64,000 nt of DNA from Tubiluchus corallicola (taxonomy: Eukaryota; Animalia; Priapulida), in contig JAQGDQ010000915.1 of NCBI GenBank assembly GCA_030141605.1, positions 1-64,000 of the forward strand. The letters run 5' to 3'. Position 1 is the stretch's first letter. Each line of letters begins with the position of its first letter. The notes beneath the pieces are model-generated. The model was not told the origin of the DNA. It searched no databases and was given only the letters and a program-made list of their open reading frames with translations. Below, piece after piece: positions 1-14,574 of this stretch. Made by a program: the position numbers and the translations under genes.

Positions 1-134
1 TTGCGCATTGTGATACTTTGTGCAGCTTTGACATTTGACAGATAACATGACAAAAGCGGCTCGTGTTCGCCTATTAATCCAGACCTGACATTTGAGTAAT
101 AACAAATCCTGTGGGAGTGATAATGCTAATGTTG
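1..134. repeat. Direct duplicate of 2228-2361
   Basis: Apparently identical sequence at both positions. Confidence 0.95.
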
Positions 135-231
135 TTAGGATAAACACAGACCAGGGTGTTTATAATATGAATTGTGCTTATGTAAGAGTTTCTTGGTTTC
201 TGAGTTGGCAATAGTTTTCCTTACCTGGAAA

Positions 232-690
232 GAGATTAGATTAGACTAGACTAGACTAGACTGGATTGGGTTGGATTGGATTGGATTATATTATATTAGA
301 TTAGATTAGATTAGATTAGATTAGATTAGATTAGATTAGATTAGATTAGATTAGATTAGATTAGATTAGATTAGATTAGATTAGATTAGATTAGATTAGA
401 TTAGATTAGATTAGATTAGATCAGATCAGATCAGATCAGATCAGATCAGATCAGATCAGATCAGATCAGATCAGATCAGATCAGATCTGATCAGATCAGA
501 TCAGATTAGGCTATGTTAGGTGAAGTTAGATGAAGTGAGATGAGCTGAACTGCAGTGCAGTGATGTGAGGAGAGGTGAGGAAAGGAGAAGAGAGGGGAGG
601 AAAGGAGAGGAGAGGAAAGGAGAAGAGAGGAGAGAAGAGGAGAAGAGAGTAGTTGAGAGGAACAATGAGCAGTGAAGTGAAGTGCAGCTT
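232..690. repeat. Compound pentanucleotide microsatellite (TTAGA)n > (TCAGA)n > GTGAA/GAGAG variants
   Basis: Directly visible. Confidence 0.95.
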
Positions 691-984
691 CCTCAGTTTG
701 CTAAGTAATGACTAGTATGCAAGAAAATACCTAAGTGCGTTTTCGCTGATTTCCTGAAGCGCGGAAGCTCATATTAATTTATCCATTGTTTAAGCTTGAG
801 CAATCATCAGAAATAAGGCTTTCATTGACAAACGTTATTGATTAGCAGCAAAACTGTCACAGCAAACCTGGGCGCAGGCTTTAAGAACAGATGAGATGAA
901 ATGAAAATGAACCGCGAAAACTTTACCCATACAAATGTTATTTGATATAGAACAAGTAATTGAAAAGCAACTCTTTTATTTCAG

Positions 985-1043
985 ATGCGCACGGGTTTGA
1001 ATGTCCCCTGGGAGAATTCCCGTGTGGGAACTTGTCTCTTTGC
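985..1043 (+). pseudogene. Orphan exon fragment encoding the first half of an LDLa module (LGR/RXFP-receptor type)
   Basis: Acceptor ttttatttcAG at 984, then (D)AHGFECPLGEFPCGNLSLC; similarity ends abruptly and the frame stops at 1074-1076. Confidence 0.6.
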
Positions 1044-1552
1044 AATAGTAACAATTATATAACCGCTGAAAAGTAACAAGTTACTACACGTTTTATTTAG
1101 ATGCCATAAAGAAAAATGTTACCACTGTAAGGTAAATTAACACGTTATAATCAAACGTTAAATCTGTGGGAGTTGTGATGTACTAAAATCCATCTTTCGG
1201 CTATGGTTTTAGCTTTATTTTGCCTCTAGTTTTTTTCAGTTCGTTGTTTTTATTTTCCATCACGACTGGACAAACTACATGCAACCGGTTATTAAATACA
1301 AACGCTACAAAGCTAAAGCTTCTTACTGCAGTAAGTCACTTTGGACAAATATCTATTTACAAAATTTACAAATAGCAATGGCCCCCAAACCTAGCCCTAC
1401 TGCAAGGCCTGAAAACAACAGCATGTGTCACCTGGAGAACACGTTGGGCCTATTAATAAACGACTGGGTAGGACACACATACCAAGCCTAGTCAATTTGT
1501 TACCTACACTTTTGTGGACATGCAGATACGTAGATATTCAAATTTGCACTAA

Positions 1553-1761
1553 ATCTGCTGATTTTGCATATGCGGATATGTACAGATGCGGATTTTGTGT
1601 ATGCGGATACGTACATATGCGGATTTTGTGGATGCGGATATGTACAGATGCGGATTTTGTGGATGCGGATATGTACAGATGCGAATTTTACGGATGCGGA
1701 CATGTACAGATGCGGATTTTGCAGATGCGGATAAACGAGAAAGTGATAACCGCCCATCTCT
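1553..1761. repeat. 31-bp minisatellite (about 6 copies) ending at a hAT-like terminus
   Basis: Unit GCGGATTTTGTGGATGCGGATATGTACAGAT; followed by ...ATAACCGCCCATCTCTG. Confidence 0.85.
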
Positions 1762-1830
1762 GCTGTAGCTCAGTGGTATAGCATACGAATGCTAACGTCG
1801 AGGTTGTGAGATCAAATCCCACTGGCTCAT
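1760..1830 (+). pseudogene. tRNA-like sequence (pseudo-tRNA or SINE head)
   Basis: TAGCTCAGTGGTATAGC A box and GAGATCAAATCCC B-box-like motif at tRNA spacing; stems imperfect. Confidence 0.5.
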
Positions 1831-4800
1831 ATTACTCGGGCTTCTTGTTTCTTTTAACAAAACAGCCCTCAAGTTTATTGGGGTTTTTTTGCACTAACCA
1901 ATGAGCATATTCCTTCTGACTTGACCACGGTTACGCGATAGATTACGATTGTGAATGTTAGAAGTTAATTAACCTCTGCAGTTTATTTCTCAACATCTAT
2001 TAACATTGCAGCTTGTTTAGTTTAGTTTAGTTTAATTAGCTTAACGTTTCACGTTTCACAAGTGAAGTTACTTAAAGAAAAACCTTTTCACCAATAGACC
2101 ACACATCTATTGTGGAACGAGCCAGCATAATCATCAGCTTTTTTATCTAAACGTTTTACACGGGAATTTTCCCCTTATTTAACGCTTCCAGTGGTGGCAC
2201 TTTCGGTACAGCTTTGGCTTTGGATTATTGCGCATTGTGATACTTTGTGCAGCTTTGACATTTGACAGATAACATGACAAAAGCGGCTCGTGTTCGCCTA
2301 TTAATCCAGACCTGACATTTGAGTAATAACAAATCCTGTGGGAGTGATAATGCTAATGTTGCATTGCAAGCATAACGAGACCATATCTCAAGTATTTCAA
2401 TAGATGACTTCGCTATTCCTAAAGGTATTGTAGAGAGAAATCCAAGTACAATTCATACTAAATTATTTATTATTCTGATTTGCTTGTTATCTGGTATGTT
2501 ATGATCTTGCTCATATGATTTACTTATCTGCTTACCACAAAGGTCAAAGGAGTACCCTTTTTTTTGAAAGCAAGTAAGATATATAGAACAAGCGATTATT
2601 GCCAATAATATTTTTTGAATTGTACGACGATAACACAGTCACTAAATAAACTCAACATTCACGGCATAAAAAACACAAGAAGTCTACTATAACCTAAAGA
2701 TAAAACACTACAATGCTTTTACAGTTAATAGTAACTACTCCTTGTTGTCATTTGTCTATGTTATTTTAACAAATCCAGCATTAAAACTTGGTGAAGGGGG
2801 TTCGAAATAATGTTTTTTGCCAAGCGCCAATAAGTCGAAGTCAAGAAATCACGAAAAATCTGTGCAGTCATCAGTAGTTCAGTTTTTCAAGCATCCTCTC
2901 TCTCAATGCCATTTTTTAAAAAGGTAAAAGGAAAAGAGACCTGCCCTAATCACTGACAATTATAACGTTAACTGGAAGCCATAATGTTGTGGGCTACATT
3001 CCAGTGGGTTCAATGGTTTCTATAATAATCCTGCTTTCGTAAAAAAACTATTCCATTTTCCGTTTGCACGAGCGGGTAATTTACATATAAGAAGCAAGAA
3101 AAAGTTATTAAATATCAGTAGAAGAGTTATCATCGTAATTAAACTTTACTGGTTGATGAACACATAAATAAACGAGGTCTGTCGTACAAACCGTGATTAA
3201 GGCGGTTAATCAAGTTTGCATTACACGTTAAACTAGTGCTAGAAAAAGAAAAATGGCCGCCACGTTCCCGGGTTCTAATGAAACGTCACTTCGAACAAAT
3301 GTCTGTTTGCGAAAATTACAAAAATTACAAATAGCAAAGGCCCCAAGACTGAACCCCAAGGCACCGTGTAATCTGATATAACGTGATGCTGTAAATCAAG
3401 AGAAAAATGGCATGCATAAATTTCATGTTCTTTCCTACCCACTAAATTTCGAATTTCTATAAATTGCTGCAGCCGAAACTGAAAACTGAAATAAGTTGTG
3501 AAATTAGTCCTCGTTAAGTTGCTAAAAAGAGAATTTTAATTCTTTATACACTGACGCATAATACAAATTGCAATAATGTAAAATATTTTTGTTTTTATAT
3601 GGGTCAGAACGAGGGGAACAACTGGGTGGTCAAGGCGTGTCTGTATGCTTAGCGATCGAATTAAAGCAAAGCTGAACATAGTCAGAAGATGAGTGGGTAC
3701 CCATCAAGGAAGCTGTTTCAGTTTCATCCGACATGTGGATGTACACAAATGTAAACGTTGTTAAGATACCTCAAAAGATTCACTGTTTCACTTAGAAAGT
3801 CATGGCCGATAATTGCGAAGCTTCGGTCCTGCCACAAGTGCTGGATGCTGACTTGTAAAACGTGAAAGTGTAAACCAAAAATCATCAAAATTATTACAAT
3901 CTCGCCACTGAAAGGGTACAGCATTTTTTCTAGTTGAGTTTGTCACTGCTACACGAGCAAGACGACTCTTCGTGTCTCAAGGAGTCACGAAGGTAGTTAA
4001 GTGTCAAATGTTATTTTGTCAATCGGTGGCTAACTCCGCAGTAGAATAGCAATAACGTGTACAGTTTGACAGGGAATCAGGTTCAATCATTCACAACGCT
4101 TTGAACTGACGGCCACGGTAATTCGTAACAGGTTTACGTTGTTAACAAAACAGGCGTTTGATGACAAAACAAAACGTTCACTTGGTTGAGTTTAAAAGAT
4201 CTAAAGCAGATTGTTGGAAAAGTAGATTTTAATTTAATTCGTGTGAAATTGAGTTTCATACACATTTCTACGGTCGCCAAATATTTAAAGATTAGGATGT
4301 ATAAGGAAAGATCCAGAACCGAATCACATAGAGTGTTACAACATTAAAAAATTCAAAATAAATTGACTATCGATAATTTTAGCTGTTAGTAAGTCTGTGA
4401 TGATTTTGTTATCCAGGTCTTGACAATGCCGAAATGTTTGGACTTCCTACAAGCTGTATGGAATCTATGCAAACATAACTGCAGAGCTGTGTTGGGTGTG
4501 TCTAAATAAGAGCACATTACTCCAACATTACTCAGCTTACAATGGCTTCCTAATTATCGTCACTGATTTTTATTTGGAGTTTCACTGAAACTGCAGCAAT
4601 CTTCGGAAAATGAAGTATTTTGGGAATGGGAAGTACTAAAGCAACTTCGGAAAGTAAAGTAGCAAAGGTTTGTTGTACTTTAAACGAGTACATTTATAAA
4701 TAAAGTTATTGTTGCTGCTGCCGCTGCCGCTGCTGCTGTTGCTGCCGCTGATGGTGATCTTTGTGAGGCATTGAAGCCAATAGTGAGAATGTAATGTATC

Positions 4801-7070
4801 CCATAGGGTAGCTGTCTAACTAACTGAGTGACTGATTATCTAACAAGCTAACTAACAAGCTGGGTGGGTGACAGGTTCGCTGGATAATTACCTGTGGACT
4901 AACTGACATGTAGATAGTTAGACGAATTGACAGATAGGTTTCGAAAGGGGTGATTAACATGACCAACATTTAGAGTAACAGACCAGTCAACTGACTGAGT
5001 GACTGACTGACTCAAACTCGGCACCAACTGAACAAACGAGCAACACGAAGATTTGAAGTATGCATAAAAATTTTGTATGGATGGGTGATTTGTAAACAAA
5101 CTCAAATTTGTAAATGAAAAAAATCCAAGCCAAAAATGGCCAAACATGGAAATATTTACGCCAAAAGAGACAGAAAAAAATGGCCAAACCTTGAAACATT
5201 GCGCCAAAAGAGACAGACGTTTAGTATAAAGCTCATGTCATCCGTATAACATAGGAATTACTTCAACGTCAAAACGTTGAACTAATGAAGTTTTTCACTT
5301 AGTGAAATACCCGCATGAGCGAAAAACAATTTACGAGTATTTTGATTATCTCCCTCAAATGCAGTGATTTTAACGTGATTCGAGTTTTATAGCAAAGCCG
5401 CATACTCAGACAAATAACAAACTCCGTTATTGGCTATGGTGTTGTAGCTACGAAGTGCAGTATCGTTCATCAAAAATTAATCACTTCTAAATATAATTCG
5501 TCAATAAAGAAAGAGAATTGAGCGTTTTAAAGCTGAATACCACCACCACATTCTAACTTACAAGAAAAGCTAAACTATAAAAGTTCATACAAATAATCTC
5601 ATCGGAAAATCACATTTAAATCATTCGGCAACGTCGTATTCGTATTGAAGACCAGGCCTCGCTAGGTAAACAGTCCGTGACAGGCAGAAGATGGAAGTGA
5701 TTGTGAAGAATGCTGTACCAGAATTACAAGCAGTTGGTAAATGGTGGAGTGTTCTCGTATAATCTAATATGTTTGTCAATACCATTCACATCAAACCAGA
5801 CGAAAGTGTAAACAGTGCTACTAGTATATTATACTAGACGAATTTGTTAACGTTCCAGACGAAACTGAAGGCGAAGCTCGTATATACGGTCTGCCCTTTT
5901 CAATAAAATTAGCAACTTGTGCTTAGGCTTCTCTAATAAGCCAAACGTAAACAAATTAATATTTTTAAGGGAACTAATGATGCCGAAATTGTAGCTTCCG
6001 TTTGTAAATTTGTATTCGAGTGCTTTAAGAATAAAAACCTAAATTAAGGTCACATACCTCTTACATTTTACATATGCATCTTTACAATGACAACTATAAT
6101 AATTATAAGTAATTGTAATTATTTGTTATCAGACTCAAATTACTATGTCATCACAATCGATTTTAAGTTTTGTAATAATTATATCTCAATGTTAAGTGTT
6201 AGTTGTTATTTTAATATATTAATTCGTAACTTTGTTATGGCTATCCATACATCTCATCAAATATTGTTATGTTTTTGTATGTCAATAAATCTAAATCTGT
6301 TACTGGTTGTGAAGTCATAATTGCATAAGTGAGGTACACTTAACGTGTTCTGCAAGAAATAATCGCATTAACGTTAACACGTTTTTTGAGTTACGAAGCA
6401 ACTGCCACCTTGTGTTTTTACTCAGCGGCTCATTTAAAATGCCAAAATTTGCGAAGAAACTAACTGTTCAACTGGTATAAATGAGGCACCATATCTTCAA
6501 TACTTTTTCTTCTCATTTTTATTGTAAAAATACCGTTTAATTATATAATAAACACCTATAATAGCCAACTCATATGTTAACAGAAATCGAAGTAATTTAA
6601 AGGAAAAGAATATGTTTTATATCCTACCCCATTTTAAAATATGGTAAAAAATAATAAAAATTGACACGTATAACAATTCCAAACTGTTTCTGATAACTAA
6701 ATAACAGAGTGAAAACTTCATTAGCGGCAGCGAGGGCAGTTTGTAATGTCGTCACAAATGAACAGCACAAACATTACACAAGCAGGTTACACGTGTTTAC
6801 GAAAGCGAAAATTGAAGTACCGTACTACTGTACAACATTCAATGTGATATGTACTCGTCAAATTTATTGTATAAAAATTAAGTTTCAAGTTTAGTAGTGA
6901 ATTGCAAAATACATGTAACAGGGCGCGAATGTGAAATTTAACTTCCGCGCTAGTAACTCCTTCACGAAGTCATTCAGCTATAACTTAAAATTTTGCGTCT
7001 TTAAGAAATCTTACACATTATCTTTTGTTAAAAAGTTGTTTTCGTTACACCTGAGCTTATAATTAAAGTA

Positions 7071-7490
7071 CAGTGTTCCCTCACTTATCGCGGGTGTTCC
7101 GTTCTAGGCCCACACGCGATAAGTGAATTGTAGGGACACTATAGTTATTTTAGTAGTTATACATTATTTTAAGTCTTTATAAACCCTCCCCACGCTCTTA
7201 TACACAACCCTTTCCCGCATCTCAAGCGGGCGCAAGTACTACATTTCTTTTTGGTGTGTATTCATCCGCCGAATAAATACACTATTTACTGTAAATGGTA
7301 ATTTTTATGATTCATAATATTCTTTTAATGTTAGAATTAATATTTTTAATATATTTTTATACATTTTGTGATTTTTTATGCAAAATTCATTAAATCTATA
7401 AATTACTGTACAATACGTACTACGCGTGTGCAAAAATACTGTAGACAGATTACCGCAAAAACCCGCGAAACAGCGAAAATACGGCTGGGT
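7071..7490. mobile_element. pogo/Tigger-like MITE remnant
   Basis: TA-CAGTGTTCCCTCACTTATCGCGG left end; CGCGATAAGTGA and CCGCGAAACAGCGAA subterminal motifs; right end not clear. Confidence 0.5.
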
Positions 7491-8720
7491 GGACAAGTGC
7501 ATTTTTGCTTTTCTATTTTTACTAATGCAGTAACTAGTGCAGACTCATTGACCAAATATTTTTGTTAAAGTACCACACGCGTATCTATTTTTTTTCGTTC
7601 ATTTTTGTTCTCACGAAATTAGCATTTTATCAAGTGTGTGGGCTAAGTGAAGTAAACCCATACTACTTATTTGGTATGGCATATCACTATGGTAACCATC
7701 ATCGCCTTCGCACGACGCAATACAAGTTTTAACCCTTTCAATGAAACTATCATTTTCGCATAAAAATTTCGCCTTTCAGAAAAGCTTCATGGCGTGAAGA
7801 ATTTGTACGATGCGCCCCGATTTGAGGATGTTACTTATACTATATAAGCCAACCCAGTTCTTTTTCACGCTCTCAGTGCTTCGTTTGCTTATCGGTGAAA
7901 TGATTGTGATTTTTCAACAAAGTTCCAAGTTTTTTATTTTCTTCTAATTCAAGTTTACTCTGCATAACCCTATCAAGGCTAAAACAGTGGCTTTTGTTCC
8001 AAACACTGAATGAATCACGGAATCGCAATATTGGAAGCGGTTCTTTTAGGTTTCTTGAACTTCCTACAACAGGCTTAACGTATTCCGCTATTTTTATCTT
8101 CCTCGCAATAAATTTACCAAGATTTTACGCAGCCTGCGTTTATATTAAGCCTCATCTAATGGGCTTGCGTGATGTTCAAACCATAAAAGCTTAAAGTGGT
8201 TGGCCAGTGTCTCGTATGTTATCGCTAAACATGAATTTATGCTAAAAACACTTCCGACATTTTGTATTCTTAAGCGATTTGTGTTGTAAAACGAGGCGTA
8301 TGCATAACAGGCTCTTTGGAACGCCGACACGCCTACGACTAAAGTCAAGCCAACTATAATTTATCAGGAAAAATTCTGCTAACTTTTAGCTGCAGTTTTG
8401 ATGCTACATTACATGATATTTGTATTTTGAAAGATGGAAATCATTCTTTTACATTTTCAAGATGGCAAAACTTGACAAACAAGTTTTAATGTCAGCGTTC
8501 CTGCACTTTAGCGATAGAATCGTAAGTGTACATTGACCATTGATCAATCAGCTTTTGTGGGCGCTTCTATTCAAGCTTGAAAAAAATCAAGATTTAGAAT
8601 ATTTTATTATCACCTGGCACGCATGCGTAATACACGTCTAGAAGATCCAGCACATTTTAAACTACAGAACCTGCTGAATTGGGACAAACTGTATGAATGA
8701 ATATAACGTTACAATATTAA

Positions 8721-9166
8721 AGGAAACAAAGGGGAATATCAGCATGTCTCAAAAAACTTTTCAGACAAAGTTAAATTAATTTGCACAACCCGTTTACCTG
8801 TCTGAAAGACTTATGTTACTGTGAAAAAGAAAATTTTTGGTAATTTAAATCCCACTCAACTGGTAAAACATCACTAGTATCCCAGTGTGCACCAAGAAAA
8901 CGTCACTGGTTCACCAAAAGCATTATTAATCTTACTGACAAGATAAAGTAACTTATATTTTTGCTTAGTTACTGAAGTGTTCAACAAATGTTCTGCTTAT
9001 TTTTTCGAACTTTACGCAATGTTATCTAAACTTAAAATGGCTGCACCTAATTTGCGGGAGTCTAAATTCACAGAGCGTAAATGCTTACGCAAACTCTGTG
9101 AACAATAAGGAAATTATAAGACAGTATGTAAGTAATATACAACTTCAAGACGTGTCTTCCTGTGCT
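8721..9166. mobile_element. Kolobok-type non-autonomous element, family A
   Basis: TTAA-AG...CT-TTAA ends; shared motifs CCCAGTGTGCACC, GCAATGTTATCTAAA, AAAATGGCTGCACCTAA; copies at 14113-14574 and inverted at 49927-50402, 55558-56346, 59941-60439. Confidence 0.65.
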
Positions 9167-9479
9167 TTAAGCAACTATGTGTGCTTACTGCTTAGTGACC
9201 GAAGTTAAGGAACATCAAGCCAAATTGGTAAATGGATGGGTGACAGACTAGTTATAACACTAGTTTTGGGCAGTTTTGTCTCCCTTTTGATGTTAACTTG
9301 TTGAGGGAAGATACACACGCTAAACGTGGGCGGCGACGTCCTCGTCAATCCAGTGGCTCAAGATTATTCTTGATTTGAAACTGGCTGTAGACCTGCCATA
9401 ACCACATACATTAAAGGAAAGAAGAAGTCATTCAAAATGTTGAGTTTATTCAACTGTTGTCACTTAAACTTAGAAATAC

Positions 9480-9680
9480 ATTTATATAACAAAGAAATTT
9501 GCATAAAGCTGTCTGTAAAGCATAAATTTAAGATATACTACCACTGAATAGAAATTTTCAAGAGTGGTGGTTGCCGCCATTCACTTGAAAATCATGACGT
9601 AACTGGGCGACTTCGTGACTTTTCGTAAGCGCATCGTGGCTTTCCGTAAGCGCGCGCTGCTTAAACTAATTCAAACTTCT
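9480..9680. repeat. Dispersed repeat with inverted copy at about 54125-54320
   Basis: GCATCGTGGCTTTCCGTAAGCGCGCGCTGCTTAAACT matches the reverse complement near 54134-54170. Confidence 0.7.
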
Positions 9681-9885
9681 GCAGCTTACCTAATTTTCAC
9701 GCAAAAAATAATACAAAATAAGGTATCTAATGGTTGCAAAAACGTATTATATACCTTCGAGGAAGAGTGACAGTGCGCTACTTTTCTTCAGGACGAATGA
9801 CGTCATTGGAAAAGAATGGGCATTGAAAATGGGAGCGCCCAAGCATGAAGTGATCGCGACTTTAAAGTGATTTTACTAATTACAC

Positions 9886-11163
<1,278 letters not shown>

Positions 11164-13171
11164 TTTTATTTCTGAAAATCAAATTTCCAACACGAAAATT
11201 ACAAACTCGACGCATACCCGATGGTTTTATCAGCGGGCAGAGCTCGGGTAATGATTTCCAGATCATACTAACAATTTGACTCAACATAGCTGCACAAGGT
11301 ATATACACAGATATACAAATTTAGTTGTAAACTCTATGAAGCGAAAAATACTATTAACTCAGCATTTGTACATTTGTACTACATAATTAAAATACGAAAA
11401 GTACACGTGCATCATGACTTTGCTTTTCACAAATTAAGATCTTAGTTATCGTACCTGGGTATTTCTGTTGAAGTACCTACAGTGAAAGTTTCTTGAAATC
11501 AAAACCGAATTTTAGCAGCTCTCAAAGCCACTTTAAAGGAAGAACCAGCCCTCGAACAACATTTATTGCATTTTAATATACAATTAGAAATATCGAAATC
11601 ATCACACAATATATGCGCATAGAATGCTTTGCTTAAAAATGTAAAGGAAATTTAAATATTTTTTACCTCCCGCCAAACGAACGTCGCTGCCGGCATATTT
11701 TAAAAAAATTACGTAAGCTGGTGTACGCTGGGCAGCGTGAATGCTGTGAAGGCAAGCTGTGGGAAGGTACGCGTTGAGAAATTTCTACAGTTTGCTTAGA
11801 AGTTCTGTTATTCTAATGTTGTGTTTAACTGTGTTTATGTAAAAATTAGTCATTTGATCAATTATGACCAAGATTATAGTGGTTACATAGCTTTAATCCA
11901 CAGGATTATACCGTAAAATGTGTAAGTAGTGTACATTAATTGCGTAAGTGTAATTAATTTACAGACTTTTGTTGATTTTCAGATACGCATGTAAACTTGC
12001 GAGCATACAGTAGGTAGCGGGTGGGTGACTTAGTTTGTAGAGTTCGCTCTATTAGTCAAAGAAAAGATTGCTGAAGCACTTGGCGGGATAAGTGTTTATA
12101 TTGCACGGAAACCGGATGACGCCATTTTTTGTCTGAAATGAGCGCGTCAAAGCGGTAAAGTAACGATGATTTTCAATGGATTTTACTAGTTACACGAGAT
12201 ACTTATCACAATTTTATTGCTGAAACTAATATAAGCTCAACTTCCCGAGCGACTTGACTTTTGCTTTAAGTAGAGAAACATTTGATGTTATAGACATTGT
12301 AATAAAAATACACCGGTAAGTAAATATAGAGGAAGAAAAAACATTATTCAAGTTTTCCAGAAAATTGTAGTTGTTCCATCTAGACAACTTAGGAATGCTG
12401 TCAGTTTTAGTAAATTTCTTTTTTATCAATTTCTTGTTAGAAAAGCTTCATGTAGTTCTAAAGTCATTAAAAATCAATTTACCTGAAAAAAATTCATCTA
12501 CGCTTTTATCAACAAATTTTCAGCAAATAATGCGCCTAACGGACACTACTTTCACGCAAATCTTAACATCACAGTCTCCGCGTCACCATCTCCAGATTAG
12601 GTTTATCCCAGCACGGCATTCGGGAAGACAAAAGAAAGCATAATCTCGTGTCGAGCAATAATGCGCCACGTACACGCTAGGATCTATTACCACACTTTTG
12701 AAACAAAGGATGCGGCTTTTAGAGAAAGTGAGTAGAAAAAAGTGACGCGACTCCCTTCCTCACTAAAACAATGCTGATCACCTATTTTAATGTGATGGAT
12801 GCATTATTATATTTAGGTATTTATTTATAAGTGCCAAAAATACTTAATATACAAGAAAAAAACAAATCGTACCTACAATTTCAATTTTGTACAATGATAT
12901 TATAAAAGTAAATAATATGGTAAGGGAACGTGTTAGATAAAAAGTAAAAATTAAAACATGAAAATTTTCCTGCAACTAAAATTTTTGAAGTTTTGTGTAT
13001 TGTGAAGTGAGGATAGCCAATGTTTTTTATAGCAAATGAACACTAACTTTTCGTTTTCTACAATGATATAAATGCAACAACTTAAAATACGAGAGAGTTC
13101 TCCTGGGACTTGCTATCTTTAACACGAATAAACCGTTGAATGCCCTGTGCAGTCCCACAACAAATTATTCA

Positions 13172-13218
13172 TTTATTTCGAAAGCTTTCACCCTAACGGG
13201 CCTCATCAGCTGAAAATT
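13172..13218 (-). ncRNA. Degenerate minimal type I hammerhead motif, Penelope-like
   Basis: Minus strand CAG-CTGATGA-GGCCC-GTTA-GGGT-GAAA-GCTTTC-GAAATAAA: core motifs, short stem II, palindromic GAAAGCTTTC, followed by AATAAA. Confidence 0.5.
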
Positions 13219-13288
13219 AAAACAATGTGTTCCAGTGTGCAAACAAAGATTAGAAGCAATATAGTAGCTAAATATCATCAACTTAAAT

Positions 13289-13322
13289 ACTACTACTACT
13301 AATAATAATAATAGTAATAACA

Positions 13323-13382
<60 letters not shown>

Positions 13383-13619
13383 TTAATAATAATAATAATA
13401 ATAACAATAACGATAATAATAATAATATATTATTGTTATTATTATAATGATAATGATAGTGATAATAATTATTATTATTGTTATTATAATTATAATGATA
13501 CTGATAATAACAATAATAATAATAATTATTATTATTATTATTATGATAATGATAATAATAATAATAATAATAAGAATAATAATAATAACAACAACAATAA
13601 TAATAATAATAATAATAAA
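13289..13619. repeat. Imperfect (AAT)n microsatellite with inverted (ATT) patches
   Basis: Directly visible. Confidence 0.95.
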
Positions 13620-14112
13620 TTAGAAAAAGAATAAAAACGAAGGCATAAAAAGAAAAAAACAAGCATTGTACAATTGACCTTGCCTATAAAGGCATTCCTC
13701 CTCCTCACAGTGACTCATTTATTTATTTTACAATGTAATAACAATTTGTATGTATGTTTATACGTACGCTTTGCTGTGGAACAAATTTATAATTCATAAT
13801 TCAATTCAACGTTTTATTCATGTTAAATGCAACAACCATTTGCGATAAATTTTTTTCATGAGAACCTTTTGATACAACACTTAAGGGCAGTCATACTCAA
13901 TGTGCATGACTATAGCAGGACCGGAACATTTGCATTTGCAATGGTAATCTTCTAGCAAGAGACACTGGGCAGGCACACAGTGTCTGGGTTAAGTCTGGAT
14001 TTGGATAGAGCTTTTCCCAGTGAGGTAAGTAACTACAGTAGAGTGAAGTTTAGCAGATGAAGCCAGTCAGGTCCAGAAGCACTTTTCCAGGCGGTCACTT
14101 ATTCATTGTTAA

Positions 14113-14574
14113 ATGGGAAGAAAGGAAAATTTTAATGTACACCTTTAAAAGCTTTCCACACAAAGTTATATTACTTAAAATTACGCTTACCCGTTTGAAA
14201 GACTTATAAAATATTCGCGCAGACTAACAAAACGTCACTGTATCACCATCCCAGTGTGCACCACTGATTCACTAACACATTACTGATCTTACTGACAAAA
14301 TGCAGTCATTTGTACTTCTACTTAGTTAGTGAACAATGTGCTACGAATGCTCTGATTATTTTTTCAAACTTTATGCAATGTTATCTAAATTTGTTTCAAA
14401 CGACTTACCCTTAAAATGGCAGCGCCTAACGGTCATCGCGGGAGTTTAAATCTACAAGTTTTATACGGCGTAGCTGCTTACGCAGGCTCTGTACGCAATA
14501 AGTCAGCATGAACGTAGTATAAAGTTTCAAGACGAATTTTTAAGCTTTATTTATGAAGAGTGTTTTCTTGTCTT
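14113..14574. mobile_element. Family A copy in the putative 5' UTR intron of paralogue A
   Basis: Co-linear similarity to 8721-9166; TTAA flanks. Confidence 0.65.

Noticed and set aside
13165-13662. Poly-Y/N/L ORF, and similar ORFs at 23378, 36833, 47803-48122 and 63116-63584
   Set aside because: Microsatellite translations.
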